The notes under the pieces are model-generated. The model worked only from the letters and a program-made list of their open reading frames with translations. It made no database searches and was not told where the DNA came from. A stretch of 63,240 nt of DNA, the filler included, from Licmophora abbreviata (Eukaryota), in the NCBI GenBank assembly GCA_900291995.1. It is 15 parts of 15 records of this genome, joined end to end, with 100 filler letters (N's around TTAATTAATTAA, not from the genome) between each part and the next. Parts side by side here need not be neighbours in the genome. Positions count along the whole stretch, not along the records: positions 1 to 5,999 come from OLMU01002717.1; positions 6,100 to 9,235 come from OLMU01002719.1; positions 9,336 to 24,341 come from OLMU01002720.1; 12 more parts are not named here. One strand, given 5' to 3'. A program made the position numbers and the translations under genes. The stretch's first letter is position 1, and each line of letters starts with the position of its first letter. Of this stretch, positions 1-10,605 are shown piece after piece.

Positions 1-135
1 TACACAAAATTTTGCAGTACAAAATTCGCCACAAATCAGAAATCAGATGTGAGTGTTCTCTTGCTGCACATGGAACTAGCAGGAACATCACATTTACCCG
101 GTGCTTATAACAACCATCGTCGGTCATCAATCACG

Positions 136-2137
136 ATGGCGGCTCGCAGTGTCCGTTTCGCGGATCCGGGAGATCCTTCCTCCCGACAGCAGCAATCAGA
201 GACCTCTTCATTGCGTATTCTATCTGTAAGTGGAGCTGATTCTCGCAAGAATCCTTCATTTGCGTCTTTAGTATGTCCCAATTGCGGTAGCACGGAAATT
301 GAACAGCACGACGCTTCAGGAGCGAGCATTTGTACCGATTGCGGAGTCGTCGTGGAGGAAAACGCCATCGTGAGCAGTGTTGAATTCGTTGAAGGTGCTG
401 GCGGAGCGTCGAGTATGGTGGGGCAGTTCGTTTCGGCCACTAGCAGCAAGGCGTACACTGGTGGAGCCACTCGCGGGGGACGCTATGGATTCAGTCGCGA
501 TTCCCGCGAGACGACACTGGCCAATGGACGACGACGGATTCAAGATGTGGCGAGTAGACTTAGATTGGGGTCACACTACGTCGATGCTGCTCATCGCTTG
601 TTTACGATTGCAGTTGAAAAGAATTTTGTTCAAGGACGGCGCACGACGCACGTTGTTGCGGCATGCTTGTATATCGCCTGTCGACAGGAGAAATCACAGC
701 ACATGCTGATTGATTTCAGCGATGCCTTGCAAGTGAATGTTTACACACTCGGCACGTGCTTCTTGAAATTTCGTCGCTTGCTTGGATTGAAACTGGAAAT
801 TATCGATCCCGCACTTTACGTCTATCGCTTTGCTGCTCATCTCGATCTCGACGAAAAAGCCAACGCCGTCGCCCTCACGGCACTACGACTAGTCGGTCGC
901 ATGAAGCGCGATTGGATCGTCGCAGGACGGCGCCCGGCAGGTATTTGTGCAGCGGCCTTGCTGATTGCAGCCCGTGCACACGGCTTCTCGCGACATCAAC
1001 AAGATGTGACGAAAATTCTCAGGGTGTGCGGATTGACCGTCACGTCGCGAGTTAAGGAATTCGAACAGACACCCAGCGCGGCATTGACACTGGAACAGTT
1101 CAACACTGTCGAACTAGAGATTGAAGCAGATCCTCCGGTGTTTACGAGAAATAGAATCGTTGAGGTAAGAGAATGTTTGGCGACTTTGTGAGCGAATGTG
1201 TATTGTGCATCGTCTGTTGCGCTAACTGATCTCACCCGTTCACATCACATCGCAGGCACGTGCCAAAGCGATTCAGGAAAATAATGTCGAGTTGTTGACG
1301 AGCGGGGCGCTCGATGACCCCAAGAAAGGAAAGCGATCGGCCAAGTGGCGACAGTCGACTCGCAATGTCAAGAAGAAGCAAGAATTCACCGAGCTCTACG
1401 AGTCGCTCGAAAAACAATTAGGTGGTAGTGCGGGTGCAGGTGGTGAGCCCAGCTCTGAGGGTGACAAAGATGCATCTAACGCTCAGCAACAGCAGCAGAT
1501 TGTGTTGCGACCGGAAGCTGCCGTGACAGTGCCGACTCAAATGGCTGATATTTATCCGAAGTCCAAGTATGGACGAGCGGTTGTCTTGCCTGAGCAGGCA
1601 ACGCAAGAGGAGTTGCAAGAGTCTAGACAGGAGCCGCAGGAACGAATCAACTTGGTGACATGGAAGGACGAAATGCCCGACGATGCAGCTGGCGAGATTG
1701 AAGATTTGTTTCGGAGTGAAGATGAGGTGGCACAGAAGGAGGTCATCTTCAACAGTCTCAACAAGGACTACTTGGTTCAGCAGCAACGCAAGGAAAGTGA
1801 ACGCTTGAGTGCTGAAGCTGCAAGCAAGGACAAAGAACAAGACGAGGCGGCGCAGGCGGAAGGTCATGCTCGATACGTCAAATCGGGACGGCGCAAGCGG
1901 CGCAGGGACAGTGCCGAGGGAGAAGCGGAGGAACCGACGACGGAAGAGGCGTTGTTTGCAGCTGTATCGAGTCGCAAGATTTCGCGAAAGATTAATTACG
2001 ATGCCATGAGTGCAATTTTTGATGAAGATGGGACGTTTGCGACACCGCAACTGGACGACAACGGCGAAGCAGAAGTGGACGAACGGACTGCCGAGGGCGA
2101 GGAAGAAGTTGTGGATCCAATTTTGGCCATGGTGTAG
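136..2137 (+). CDS. BRF1: TFIIIB subunit Brf1; exons 136-1164 and 1256-2137
   Basis: Zn ribbon CPNCG...CTDCG, TFIIB-type cyclin repeats (GRRTTHVVAACLYIACR, GRRPAGICAAALLIAAR), C-terminal KISRKINYDAM motif. Intron 1165-1255 (GTAAGA...GCTAAC...CGCAG) joins the two ORFs in frame. Confidence 0.93.
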
Positions 2138-2325
2138 ATGTCATCGACATTGGAGTTGGTTCTGTAGCTTCAAAGTATTTTATAGCTGTAATGGTGGACT
2201 CGTCGGCCCAGTTTGAGTTGACGAGTAGCAATTTCCGTCAAATCGAAGTCGTGGTCAGCGATAGCATCGTTAGCAGTCTCATCGACACCAACATTAGCAG
2301 ATTCATCAAGAACAGGGCCTTTTTT

Positions 2326-3518
2326 CTAAGGCAACAGCCCATCTCCTATGCTTGCAAATGGCGAGTCGCTCGCCAGTGTCTCTTGAAAAGTATCCAGTGT
2401 GAACTGTCCCGCATAGGCTGGTCGTAAGTTGGGTCTGTGTCCAAGTTCTTCCTTGGCATTAAGATTTCGGAAGGTGATCGCCATTAGAAGACGATAGGCA
2501 CCGCCCTCTTCGGCCGATAAATTGGGTAGGCCCGCATGGAGCGTTCTCATGTCAAAAAAGGCAGCGTCGCCCGCCTTGAGCATTGTATATCGGGACTTGG
2601 CCCGTGCAAGCATGGAGTCTTTGTCTCCACTATCAAAACATAGCCGTTCTTTGGAGCGTGTGTGCGTCTTAGGAATGAACATGGTTCCTCCCATTTCCAT
2701 TGTGACATCCTGCAATGCTATGAATGCACAAAAAAGTCCAGGGACGTCTTGATGCGGGGTATCGGAGTGAACGACTTGTCTAGCAGCGCCTGGCTCGGTT
2801 CGCAGCGCACAAAAGTCGTATAGCTGTGATGCAGGTCCATCGCACATGCGACCAAACAAGCCACTGAGAGGAGCGTCGGCCGCAAACAGCTCCCTCGTCG
2901 CCTTGACAATGGTTCCAACATGATCGGGGCCTTGTGCTACGGATTCTGATTCACGAAAGGGAAGCAGGACGTATCCTCGCGGTGTGGAGAAGTGTATGTC
3001 GGCTGGTACGTAAAAGAGACTGACACTCTTGGACGGGTCGTCTCGAATGGCATCACGCATGGTTTCAATCTCGCCAAGTAGGCAGCCCCGCAGGATTTTC
3101 GCCGTGTCTCTCTTTAGAACTCCTGGAACAAGAACGACTCCATCTTCTTCCACTGCGCTGGCCAAGATTTCCGTCTCAGTTTCGAATCTGGACTGAACCG
3201 GGGGAGCCGAGGACCCAAAGCCGACCCCTGCCGATTTTTTTCGTGCTGCTGCTTCTTTCGTTTCTTCGAGACGACCTTCATCTCTTTCGTGTTTGGATCA
3301 AGCAGAATTTGTTCATGCTCTGCTTGGTTTCTCATAGCTTTGTGTTGATCGTCAAAGAGCATGGCACGCGCGGCACCCAGACTAGCGTCTGCTGCATCGT
3401 CGCTGATGCTGTCGGCCAAATTTAGACTGGTTAAACGGCATGTTCCACGATGATGACTCTGCTTTCTTGAAGCAATATACGTAGCAAAAGCCAGCTTGGC
3501 AGACCCAGCGAGATGCAT
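2326..3518 (-). CDS. Phytanoyl-CoA dioxygenase (PhyH)-like 2OG-Fe(II) enzyme with an apparent frameshift near 3235-3241; start uncertain (3518 or 3632)
   Basis: EEDGVVLVPGVL, RQVVHSDT (HxD), GGTMFIPKTH, GDAAFFDMRTLHAG. The N-terminal part is in a different frame from ORF 2326..3165. Confidence 0.75.
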
Positions 3519-3880
3519 CTCGAGACTCGGCAACCGTCGACAGCGGAACGATCTGAAGTGTGGCGCGATGAAAGACAGAAACAGAAAACAGAGGGTGAGT
3601 TTTTTTGTTTTTTGACTTTTGACGTCACTCATCTCGTGGCGCGCGTCGTGGTACGTCCTTCGCCCCAATGAGCAAACTCAACGGTCGCTTGGGCCTATTT
3701 GATACTTTGCACGACACATCCGGTTTCAAGTTGATGACCTCAATGGCAAAAAATAGCGACGCGGTGGACAAATCATCGAAACACCCGAGGTCGGTGCGCT
3801 TGCGGTAGAAATCCATGCACTACATTCCATTCATTGCTGATCACTAGGGGGAGTTCAGAAATGTCAGCGTGGATTGAATC

Positions 3881-5999
3881 ATGGGAAAGCTGAATCGAAA
3901 ACCAAAAAAGACGCTGGGATCTCCGCGACCTCCACATGCCCAATTTTCTCAAAGATCGACCGCTTTGCCAACTTTGAGCAGCAGTCCGTCTCCGGCTCGT
4001 CAGAATGTTCAGTTTCCTTCTTCCACACCAGATTCGTCGGTACACTCAAAAAGTTCCTTCGGTTTCAGTTCAATCAAGTCGCTTCACGCGGACGAACTTT
4101 CTCCCGAAAGTTCAGTAACCGGATCAGCGAAAGCGGCCTCGCAAAGAACAGACGAGAGCAGCAGGCTCAACAGTCAACCCCCCTCATCATCTGTTGTAAG
4201 AATATCCCCCAATGTAGCGCATCAGCGTCACACCACGAGTCGCGCTTCGTTTCGAAAGTTGGATTTGTCTCAGGTTCCGCCCCCGGTAAGACATGAAGAC
4301 CGATGGCACCAGGCACAGCATGAGGACGACAGTCAGAGAACGCTAGCGGAGACAAGAAATATTGATTCTGAAGACTCGATGCTTCAACGAGAGCTGCAGT
4401 TGGTATCGCAACAGAAACTGATAGACATGCTGGAACAAGAACATGAAGAGCGGCGTCGACAGGAGCTGCAAGAGCAACAACAATATTTGGAAGAACACAG
4501 CGACGACGAGGTGATCGATTTGAGACGAGCGATTAGACCCGACTCGGCCACCGTCAGTATCGGCGAGAGCTCCAACAGTGGTTCAGAAGTAGGTGCGGCA
4601 GGAATGACACCTCAGGAACTTGCTGAAACTGATTCGTTGCGCTCTGACTTTAATCGGTCCTACGATGCGGTCGAGGTTCCAGTCGCCGGGACTCGGACAG
4701 CCAATTCCAGAGATGGATCCAGAGGGACAGCAGCCTACAATCCATCCAATGATGGGGTTGAACTCTCAGATAACGCACGAGCATTGTTGCTAAAGAAAGG
4801 AAGTTTCCTCTCAATGGCACCAATAAGCAACTTATCTGAAAGCAATTGTACCATGAGCGCCTCGTCGGACAGTCCACTGACGAACTTGAGTAGTCGGTTT
4901 GTGACGCTGCGTCCGCTTGAGCGCAGTGCCAATGACGAACGTCTACCCCCTCTGCCTGTTGGAAGAGTACCACGTCTGGCAGAAGATGCTGTCCTGCAAA
5001 TGTCGAGGTCGCTTTCCCCCGGAGATGGACTTTCATCCGTTGATTTATCTCGACGTCGAGAACTTTCCTCCGACTCGGAAGGTGAACAGGCCCCACGCTC
5101 ATTTGGAATACCCGATGTGGCATCAGTTCCCATTGGAATTCCATCACTGCCATTTGCGGATCAGTTCGATGAAGAAGCACAAAAAATTCGGGTTGAAAGT
5201 GAAGATCGACCCGTGAAACTGAAGAATCGGGAGTCGAGCCGCATGACGCCGAGCGAGGACGAGCTTAATTCACAACCCCTGTTAGGACACGAGCACGAGT
5301 TGGAAAAGCCCTCTTCCGACTGCCCGGAGTCTCAGTCCTGGCGGTCGCTTTCGCAAAGGTCAAGTGAGACCTTTGGTGGGACTTGTGACAGAGACTCTAC
5401 GCAGCTTGCCTCCGCGCAACCGAGTGGATCCGTCCGAAGCATATCCGACTTTACAAGTGTTGAGTCAAGCGAGAGCTGGCGCAGTCCACGAAGCGAAATC
5501 CTAGGTGCTCCGTCGATGTCAGAAGAGTCGTGGGTATCTCAGCGAAGCGCAACTAGATCGAGAGTACGGGAGGGGATGTCCTCAACAGGGTATGATAGCG
5601 CCTCAAGTAGCTGGCGTAGTCAACACCACGGTAATGCTTACAACCTTCGGGAATCATCAGAAAGCTCATGGCCGTCTCAAACTCAAATTGGGCGCATCGA
5701 CAATGATGGAACCAGCAACTCCAGCACGGCGCCAACTCAATCTGCGCAATCATCGCACTCAGCGTCGGTATCAAGCGCGTGTGGGGAAATTGCTGCAAGT
5801 GAGCCAAACAATAAATCGGCCCCGTTTAACAAGGAAAACGCTTCCATAGCCGAGTGCTCGCAAAAAGAAACAACTCGAGACAGTCTCAAAGCCTCATCTC
5901 CACTACAGCCCTCCAATAATGAGAGCAAGCATCAGCCTCGGTCAGAGCACTCGTGTGCATCGGCGACCGAACAAAGCCGGTCGGGATCCCCATCGAGCA
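3881..5999 (+). CDS. Ser-rich low-complexity protein, open into the gap; probably the N-terminal part of the FG-GAP protein that follows
   Basis: Open frame of about 700 codons, rich in Ser/Glu, with no stop before the linker at 6000. Confidence 0.65.
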
Positions 6000-6099
6000 N
6001 NNNNNNNNNNNNNNNNNNNNNNNNNNNNNNNNNNNNNNNNNNNTTAATTAATTAANNNNNNNNNNNNNNNNNNNNNNNNNNNNNNNNNNNNNNNNNNNN

Positions 6100-7779
6100 C
6101 TTGTTGAGCTAGAAGAACCAGCTCAGCCGTTGAATAGCAGACGAGACAATCAGGCTCGAAATGAAAGCAATCGCCGGTCTCGCTCAAAATATGGCCGACA
6201 CTCCAGGCGCGTCGTCGACCAGCAACCGAACGAGACCAACGAAGAGATGGGCCAGACAGGCTTCCGTCAAACGATTTACGGCCGATCTCAAAAACGGATG
6301 AGTACCTACTATGGGGACCGCTTTTCGGGCCTTAATCTGCCTGATGGCACTGATGCTTCGTATCGACAGAATCGTCCCGAAGGAGATAACAATGAATTCA
6401 CGTACGTGCGAGTGCGCTTCACCAAGGAATGGAACAAAAAGGGAGGGAAGGCTCGAAATTCGATGTCCTGCTTTTGCTTAATGTTCGTCATCTTGTTGGC
6501 AATCATCACTGGGGCAGTCATGGCGACTCGAAACAAGGGAAGGGCCGAAATCACAGTCGAGCCCACCCTTGCTCCAACACAGAGCATAGCCTCTCGTGAG
6601 TGGGACTTGTTAGGAGATCCGATTTCAGGGGACGATGAGCGAGACCAGACGGGTTTCTCCATTTCACTCTCCCACGATGGAATGGTCTTGGCTGTCGGCG
6701 CGCGACGTAATTCGAGGGGAGGTATTGCCAACCGAGGAAGTGCCCGTGTGTATCAGTATGTAGATGAAAACGGGCCGTTCTCGCCCTGGCGTCTGGTGGC
6801 AGACCTGTACGGGGAGAACGAAAAGGACCAGCTTGGTTTTGATGTCTCGTTGTCGGGAGACGGAAAACGAGTGGCAATCAGCAGTATCGGCGACGATAGC
6901 AACGGCAAGAACAGTGGGCTAGTCCAAGTGTACGAATCGCAAGGAGAACTCTGGGGGCTAATTGGAGAAATGAAAGGTCAAATGGAAGACAGTGTATTTG
7001 GCGTTTCGATTTCATTGTCGTTTGACGGTCATGCTCTTGCTATCGGGGCTCCATATCAAGAGGCGAATGAACTGTCACGGAGCGGGGCGGTCTACTTCTT
7101 CGAAGACATAGGCTTCGCCGAGTGGTCCAATTGGCAGCTCACGAAGGCAGTTCTCACCGGAGCTGGCGCCAACGACTGGTTTGGGTGGTCTGTGTCCGTG
7201 TCAAGTGATGGTAGTAGACTAGCTGTCGGCGCCCCTCTTGATCCGACGTTGGCAACAGACTCAGGATATGTCAAGGTGTATCGAACAATTGGCGACACTT
7301 GGGAGGAAGCTGGCGAAGCTCTCACACTGACCGGATCCACAGGGAGTCGATTTGGCTATTCTGTATCGGTGGCAGGGAATTCGACTCGTATCGGTGTTGG
7401 AGCATATCGTTCGGGGCAAGAATGTAGATCCTGCGGAGAAGCCTTCGTGTACGACTGGGACGGCGACTCGTGGAGTCTCGTCGGCGCATCATTGGCCGGT
7501 GAGCAAGAGAGCGGAGATTATGGTTTCTCTGTGTCGCTATCCAACGATGGCGACTTCTTCGCTGTCGGTTCTCCAAATAATAACAGCACGGAAGGGACAG
7601 GACTCGTTCAAGTCTACCAATATATGTCTGGCAACGATGAGTGGGTGTCATCTCCGGCCATCGAGAGCGACTCGAACGCCAGGCTAGGGTTTTCAATTTC
7701 TTTGTCGTCAGATGGTCGGACAGTAGCCGCGGGACTACCTCTTGTCAGTGAGGCAAGAGTGTATGATAATAACGAATAG
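6100..7779 (+). CDS. Membrane protein with one TM helix and seven FG-GAP-like (integrin-alpha-type) beta-propeller repeats; 5' end lost in gap
   Basis: Frame open from 6100. TM CFCLMFVILLAIITGAVMA is followed by seven repeats of the form G(F/W/Y/V)S(V/I)SLSxDGxxLAVGA. Confidence 0.8.
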   Translation, partial: LVELEEPAQPLNSRRDNQARNESNRRSRSKYGRHSRRVVDQQPNETNEEMGQTGFRQTIYGRSQKRMSTYYGDRFSGLNLPDGTDASYRQNRPEGDNNEFTYVRVRFTKEWNKKGGKARNSMSCFCLMFVILLAIITGAVMATRNKGRAEITVEPTLAPTQSIASREWDLLGDPISGDDERDQTGFSISLSHDGMVLAVGARRNSRGGIANRGSARVYQYVDENGPFSPWRLVADLYGENEKDQLGFDVSLSGDGKRVAISSIGDDSNGKNSGLVQVYESQGELWGLIGEMKGQMEDSVFGVSISLSFDGHALAIGAPYQEANELSRSGAVYFFEDIGFAEWSNWQLTKAVLTGAGANDWFGWSVSVSSDGSRLAVGAPLDPTLATDSGYVKVYRTIGDTWEEAGEALTLTGSTGSRFGYSVSVAGNSTRIGVGAYRSGQECRSCGEAFVYDWDGDSWSLVGASLAGEQESGDYGFSVSLSNDGDFFAVGSPNNNSTEGTGLVQVYQYMSGNDEWVSSPAIESDSNARLGFSISLSSDGRTVAAGLPLVSEARVYDNNE

Positions 7780-8082
7780 TAGAACATAGCTAGATTGGGG
7801 GATCTTCTCTAATACATTGCTTCTTCACTTCGGAAGATCTGCCAAAAAGAACGCCGCATGGGTGTTAGTAACCTTTGGAAAGAAACCGTGCTGGAAAAGC
7901 CAGGTGCTAACCAAATATTCAACAGCCTTCCAACCAGAGTCATACAGTATTGTATGAACACCTATCCATAGGACGAAATGTTCGCTGACTAGTGCCCTCC
8001 GGACTGAATCGAAACGCCTTCTACATGGACACGATGTGTGACTAACTCAAGTCTACTCGTACCTCGTACCCGAATAAGAATT

Positions 8083-8141
8083 GAGTCACAGTCAAGTCAC
8101 GAGTGTATGAGTGAGTCGAGTCCGGTGAGTCGAGTCGAGTC
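8083..8141. repeat. Intergenic low-complexity GAGTC/AGTCA cluster
   Basis: gagtcacagtcaagtcacgagtgtatgagtgagtcgagtccggtgagtcgagtcgagtc. Confidence 0.5.
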
Positions 8142-8629
8142 ATGCATCGAGCTCGCGCTCTTGAAAACTGTTCCACGTGGTGAGAACACGTTCGAATTCG
8201 TGGAACATCCTTGACTTGGGTCGCTGATCACTTTTTGCTCCATGGCGACGACAAGAGGACGAGACGATGCTCTGCTTTTCCGCTCTTGAGGAGGGCTCTC
8301 TCCTCTCCCTGGGATCAGGGACGGATATGCTTACCCTTGGTATGCTTACGATTGCCTATCATTGGCTTGTTTGCTTCGTTCTTTGTCTTAGTTCGGCCCC
8401 GCACTGTCGGTGGCAATCTTCTTTGAAACATGCCTCCGACACGGAATCTACTGCTACTTCTGACGGCACCAGTCCTGATTCTTGTGCTACGGCTTCACAC
8501 TGCCGTGTGGCTCGATATGCGCATTGTCAGAAGCGATCAAAGAAGCGCCGCTGGAAGGCCGACAAGGGTGGTTGTTGCTTCTCTTCCTTTCAGTGTCCGA
8601 TTTCAAGGGCCTTGGCCAGGCTTCAGTCC

Positions 8630-10189
8630 ATGCCGCCGCCGCTTCCCTTCTACAGGCGTCGCACCAGAGCCACAACGGAGGAATCGACTGGGGCTGATGA
8701 CACTCAAGACGCTGCAGAGACTTCTAAGACGAGCTTCAGTGAAGAGGAGCGTCTCGAAGATACCCTAACAGAGGCTTCACAACCAACCACCTCGTCCTCT
8801 ACTACCACCACCGCCAAGACCAGACGTAGGCACCAGACTCCCGTCATTGATCTGGCTCGGATGCAACACTGGTCAGAAGTTCTCGCACGCTCGCCCATCA
8901 AGAAGCGAGAAGCCAAGTATCGAGATGCGGATGGACTTTTTGCCTTGCATTGGGCGTGTTCGGCCGGCCCACCTTTGCATATTGTCCAAGAGCTTCTGAA
9001 CGCATACCCAGGAGCCGCGAGACATGCGGATAACGACGGCTCCATTCCATTACATTTCGCTGCTCACTACGGGGGCTCCGCGTCCGTCGTTCAACTTCTG
9101 CTTCAGACCTACCCCGAAGCAACTGGGCTCCTGGACAAGTATGGTCGTTCGCCACTCTACCACGCGGTCAGCAAGGCTGCTGGTATGGACGTTCTTCGAA
9201 CGCTCGCTCGAGCAGATCCACACATGATAGTGACGNNNNNNNNNNNNNNNNNNNNNNNNNNNNNNNNNNNNNNNNNNNNTTAATTAATTAANNNNNNNNN
9301 NNNNNNNNNNNNNNNNNNNNNNNNNNNNNNNNNNNGAACGCTCGCTCGAGCAGATCCACACATGATAGTGACGCCTTGCATGTCGTCTGTAAGAAGGATC
9401 TCAACAGAGGCCCAGATGAAGCGCTCTCATCATGGCTTCGCCCGTCAGTATGAGCTAGCCGCTCACCAGCGAACGCCACTCTTCATTGCATGGTTCGCGG
9501 CCCGCAAGACTCGCCACGATGGCCGCGCTTGGGACAAGGCAGAGCTTTTACTTGAAGCCGCTTACCAGTTAGACTTACCAACGATGCCAAGGCGCTTTCG
9601 GATGCTTCATGCTACGGTGAAGCTCGACTCGTATTTGCCGAAGGAGATCTTTCGCCTCGCTCTGGAGCGACACCCTGAGCAGGTCAAGGAGGTAGACGAG
9701 ATGACAGGCAAGACTCCACTGGCGCTTGCAGCTCAATCGTCGTCGATACGAGCTAGGGAGCTGATAGTTGACTTGCTTCAGCTTTACCCGGAAGGCGCTC
9801 GCATCATGGATCGCACCGGACGGTCCCCACTTCTTCTGGCGATTGCCACGGGCAAACACTGGAACGAGGGCATTCAAGAACTCTTTCAAGCTCATCCCCA
9901 AGGCCTAGAGGGCCGCGATCCAAAGTCGAGACTTTTTCCTGCGCTTTTGAGTGCGACGGTTGTTGACGTCGAAATGAAACGTCGAGACCAGTTTGCCGAT
10001 GTAAACAAGTCGACGGCGCGTGCCGAGTCTCCTACGAGTGCGGCTTTCGTGTCACAGCTCGACGCTGCCTCCGGCAAAGCAGCGAGCAATCAAGGTGCAC
10101 CTAAATGGGAGGAGGTGGACGAGGAATCGAGGCGCCTGTCGACTGTTTACGAGCTTCTCCGAGCTAACCCCGCCCTTGTGGGGTGGTGA
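8630..10189 (+). CDS. Ankyrin-repeat-like protein spanning a false gap; start uncertain
   Basis: DGLFALHWAC, DGSIPLHFAA, YGRSPLYHAV, TGKTPLALAA, TGRSPLLLAI; C-terminal VYELLRANPALV. The 38 nt before the gap (9198-9235) recur after it (9336-9373), so the halves join in frame. Confidence 0.85.
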
Positions 10190-10605
10190 GCAACAGACCT
10201 CAGATCCAATATTTCAGATCATCAACTTTACCTATTCGCACGCGTTAACGATTAGCAATATGTACACAGCTACCCATGGGTTATAATTGTGGATCGACGG
10301 TAGACTCTCACACGCTAAGGAGAGGCGGTATTCGTCGCATACCTTGTGTTTGAGTAGGTACGCATCATCCGTCCAGTGAAAACTCATCCATTGGACAATC
10401 AAACCAAAGGCTCGAGCTCCAATACGAGCTCTCTTCCCAGCCCATAGCCCAAAATGCCTCTCAACCATCGCAATTGAAATTCTGAATTCCAACTTTGAAC
10501 TTGTTGAATGTTGCGGCGTTGCGGCTTGAGGCATCAATAATCAGGGGCGGGGGTCCGCTGGCCATTGCCTCTTTACAACCGTGTTGAGCATTACATAAAG
10601 CGAGC

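Noticed and set aside
1418..2050. 210-aa antisense ORF over BRF1, and similar shadow ORFs throughout
   Set aside because: They lie opposite well-supported genes and show no recognisable motifs.
6044..6055. Recurrent TTAATTAATTAA as a biological repeat or CRISPR-like array
   Set aside because: Always centred in a 100-nt N block. It is a standard all-frame stop linker.
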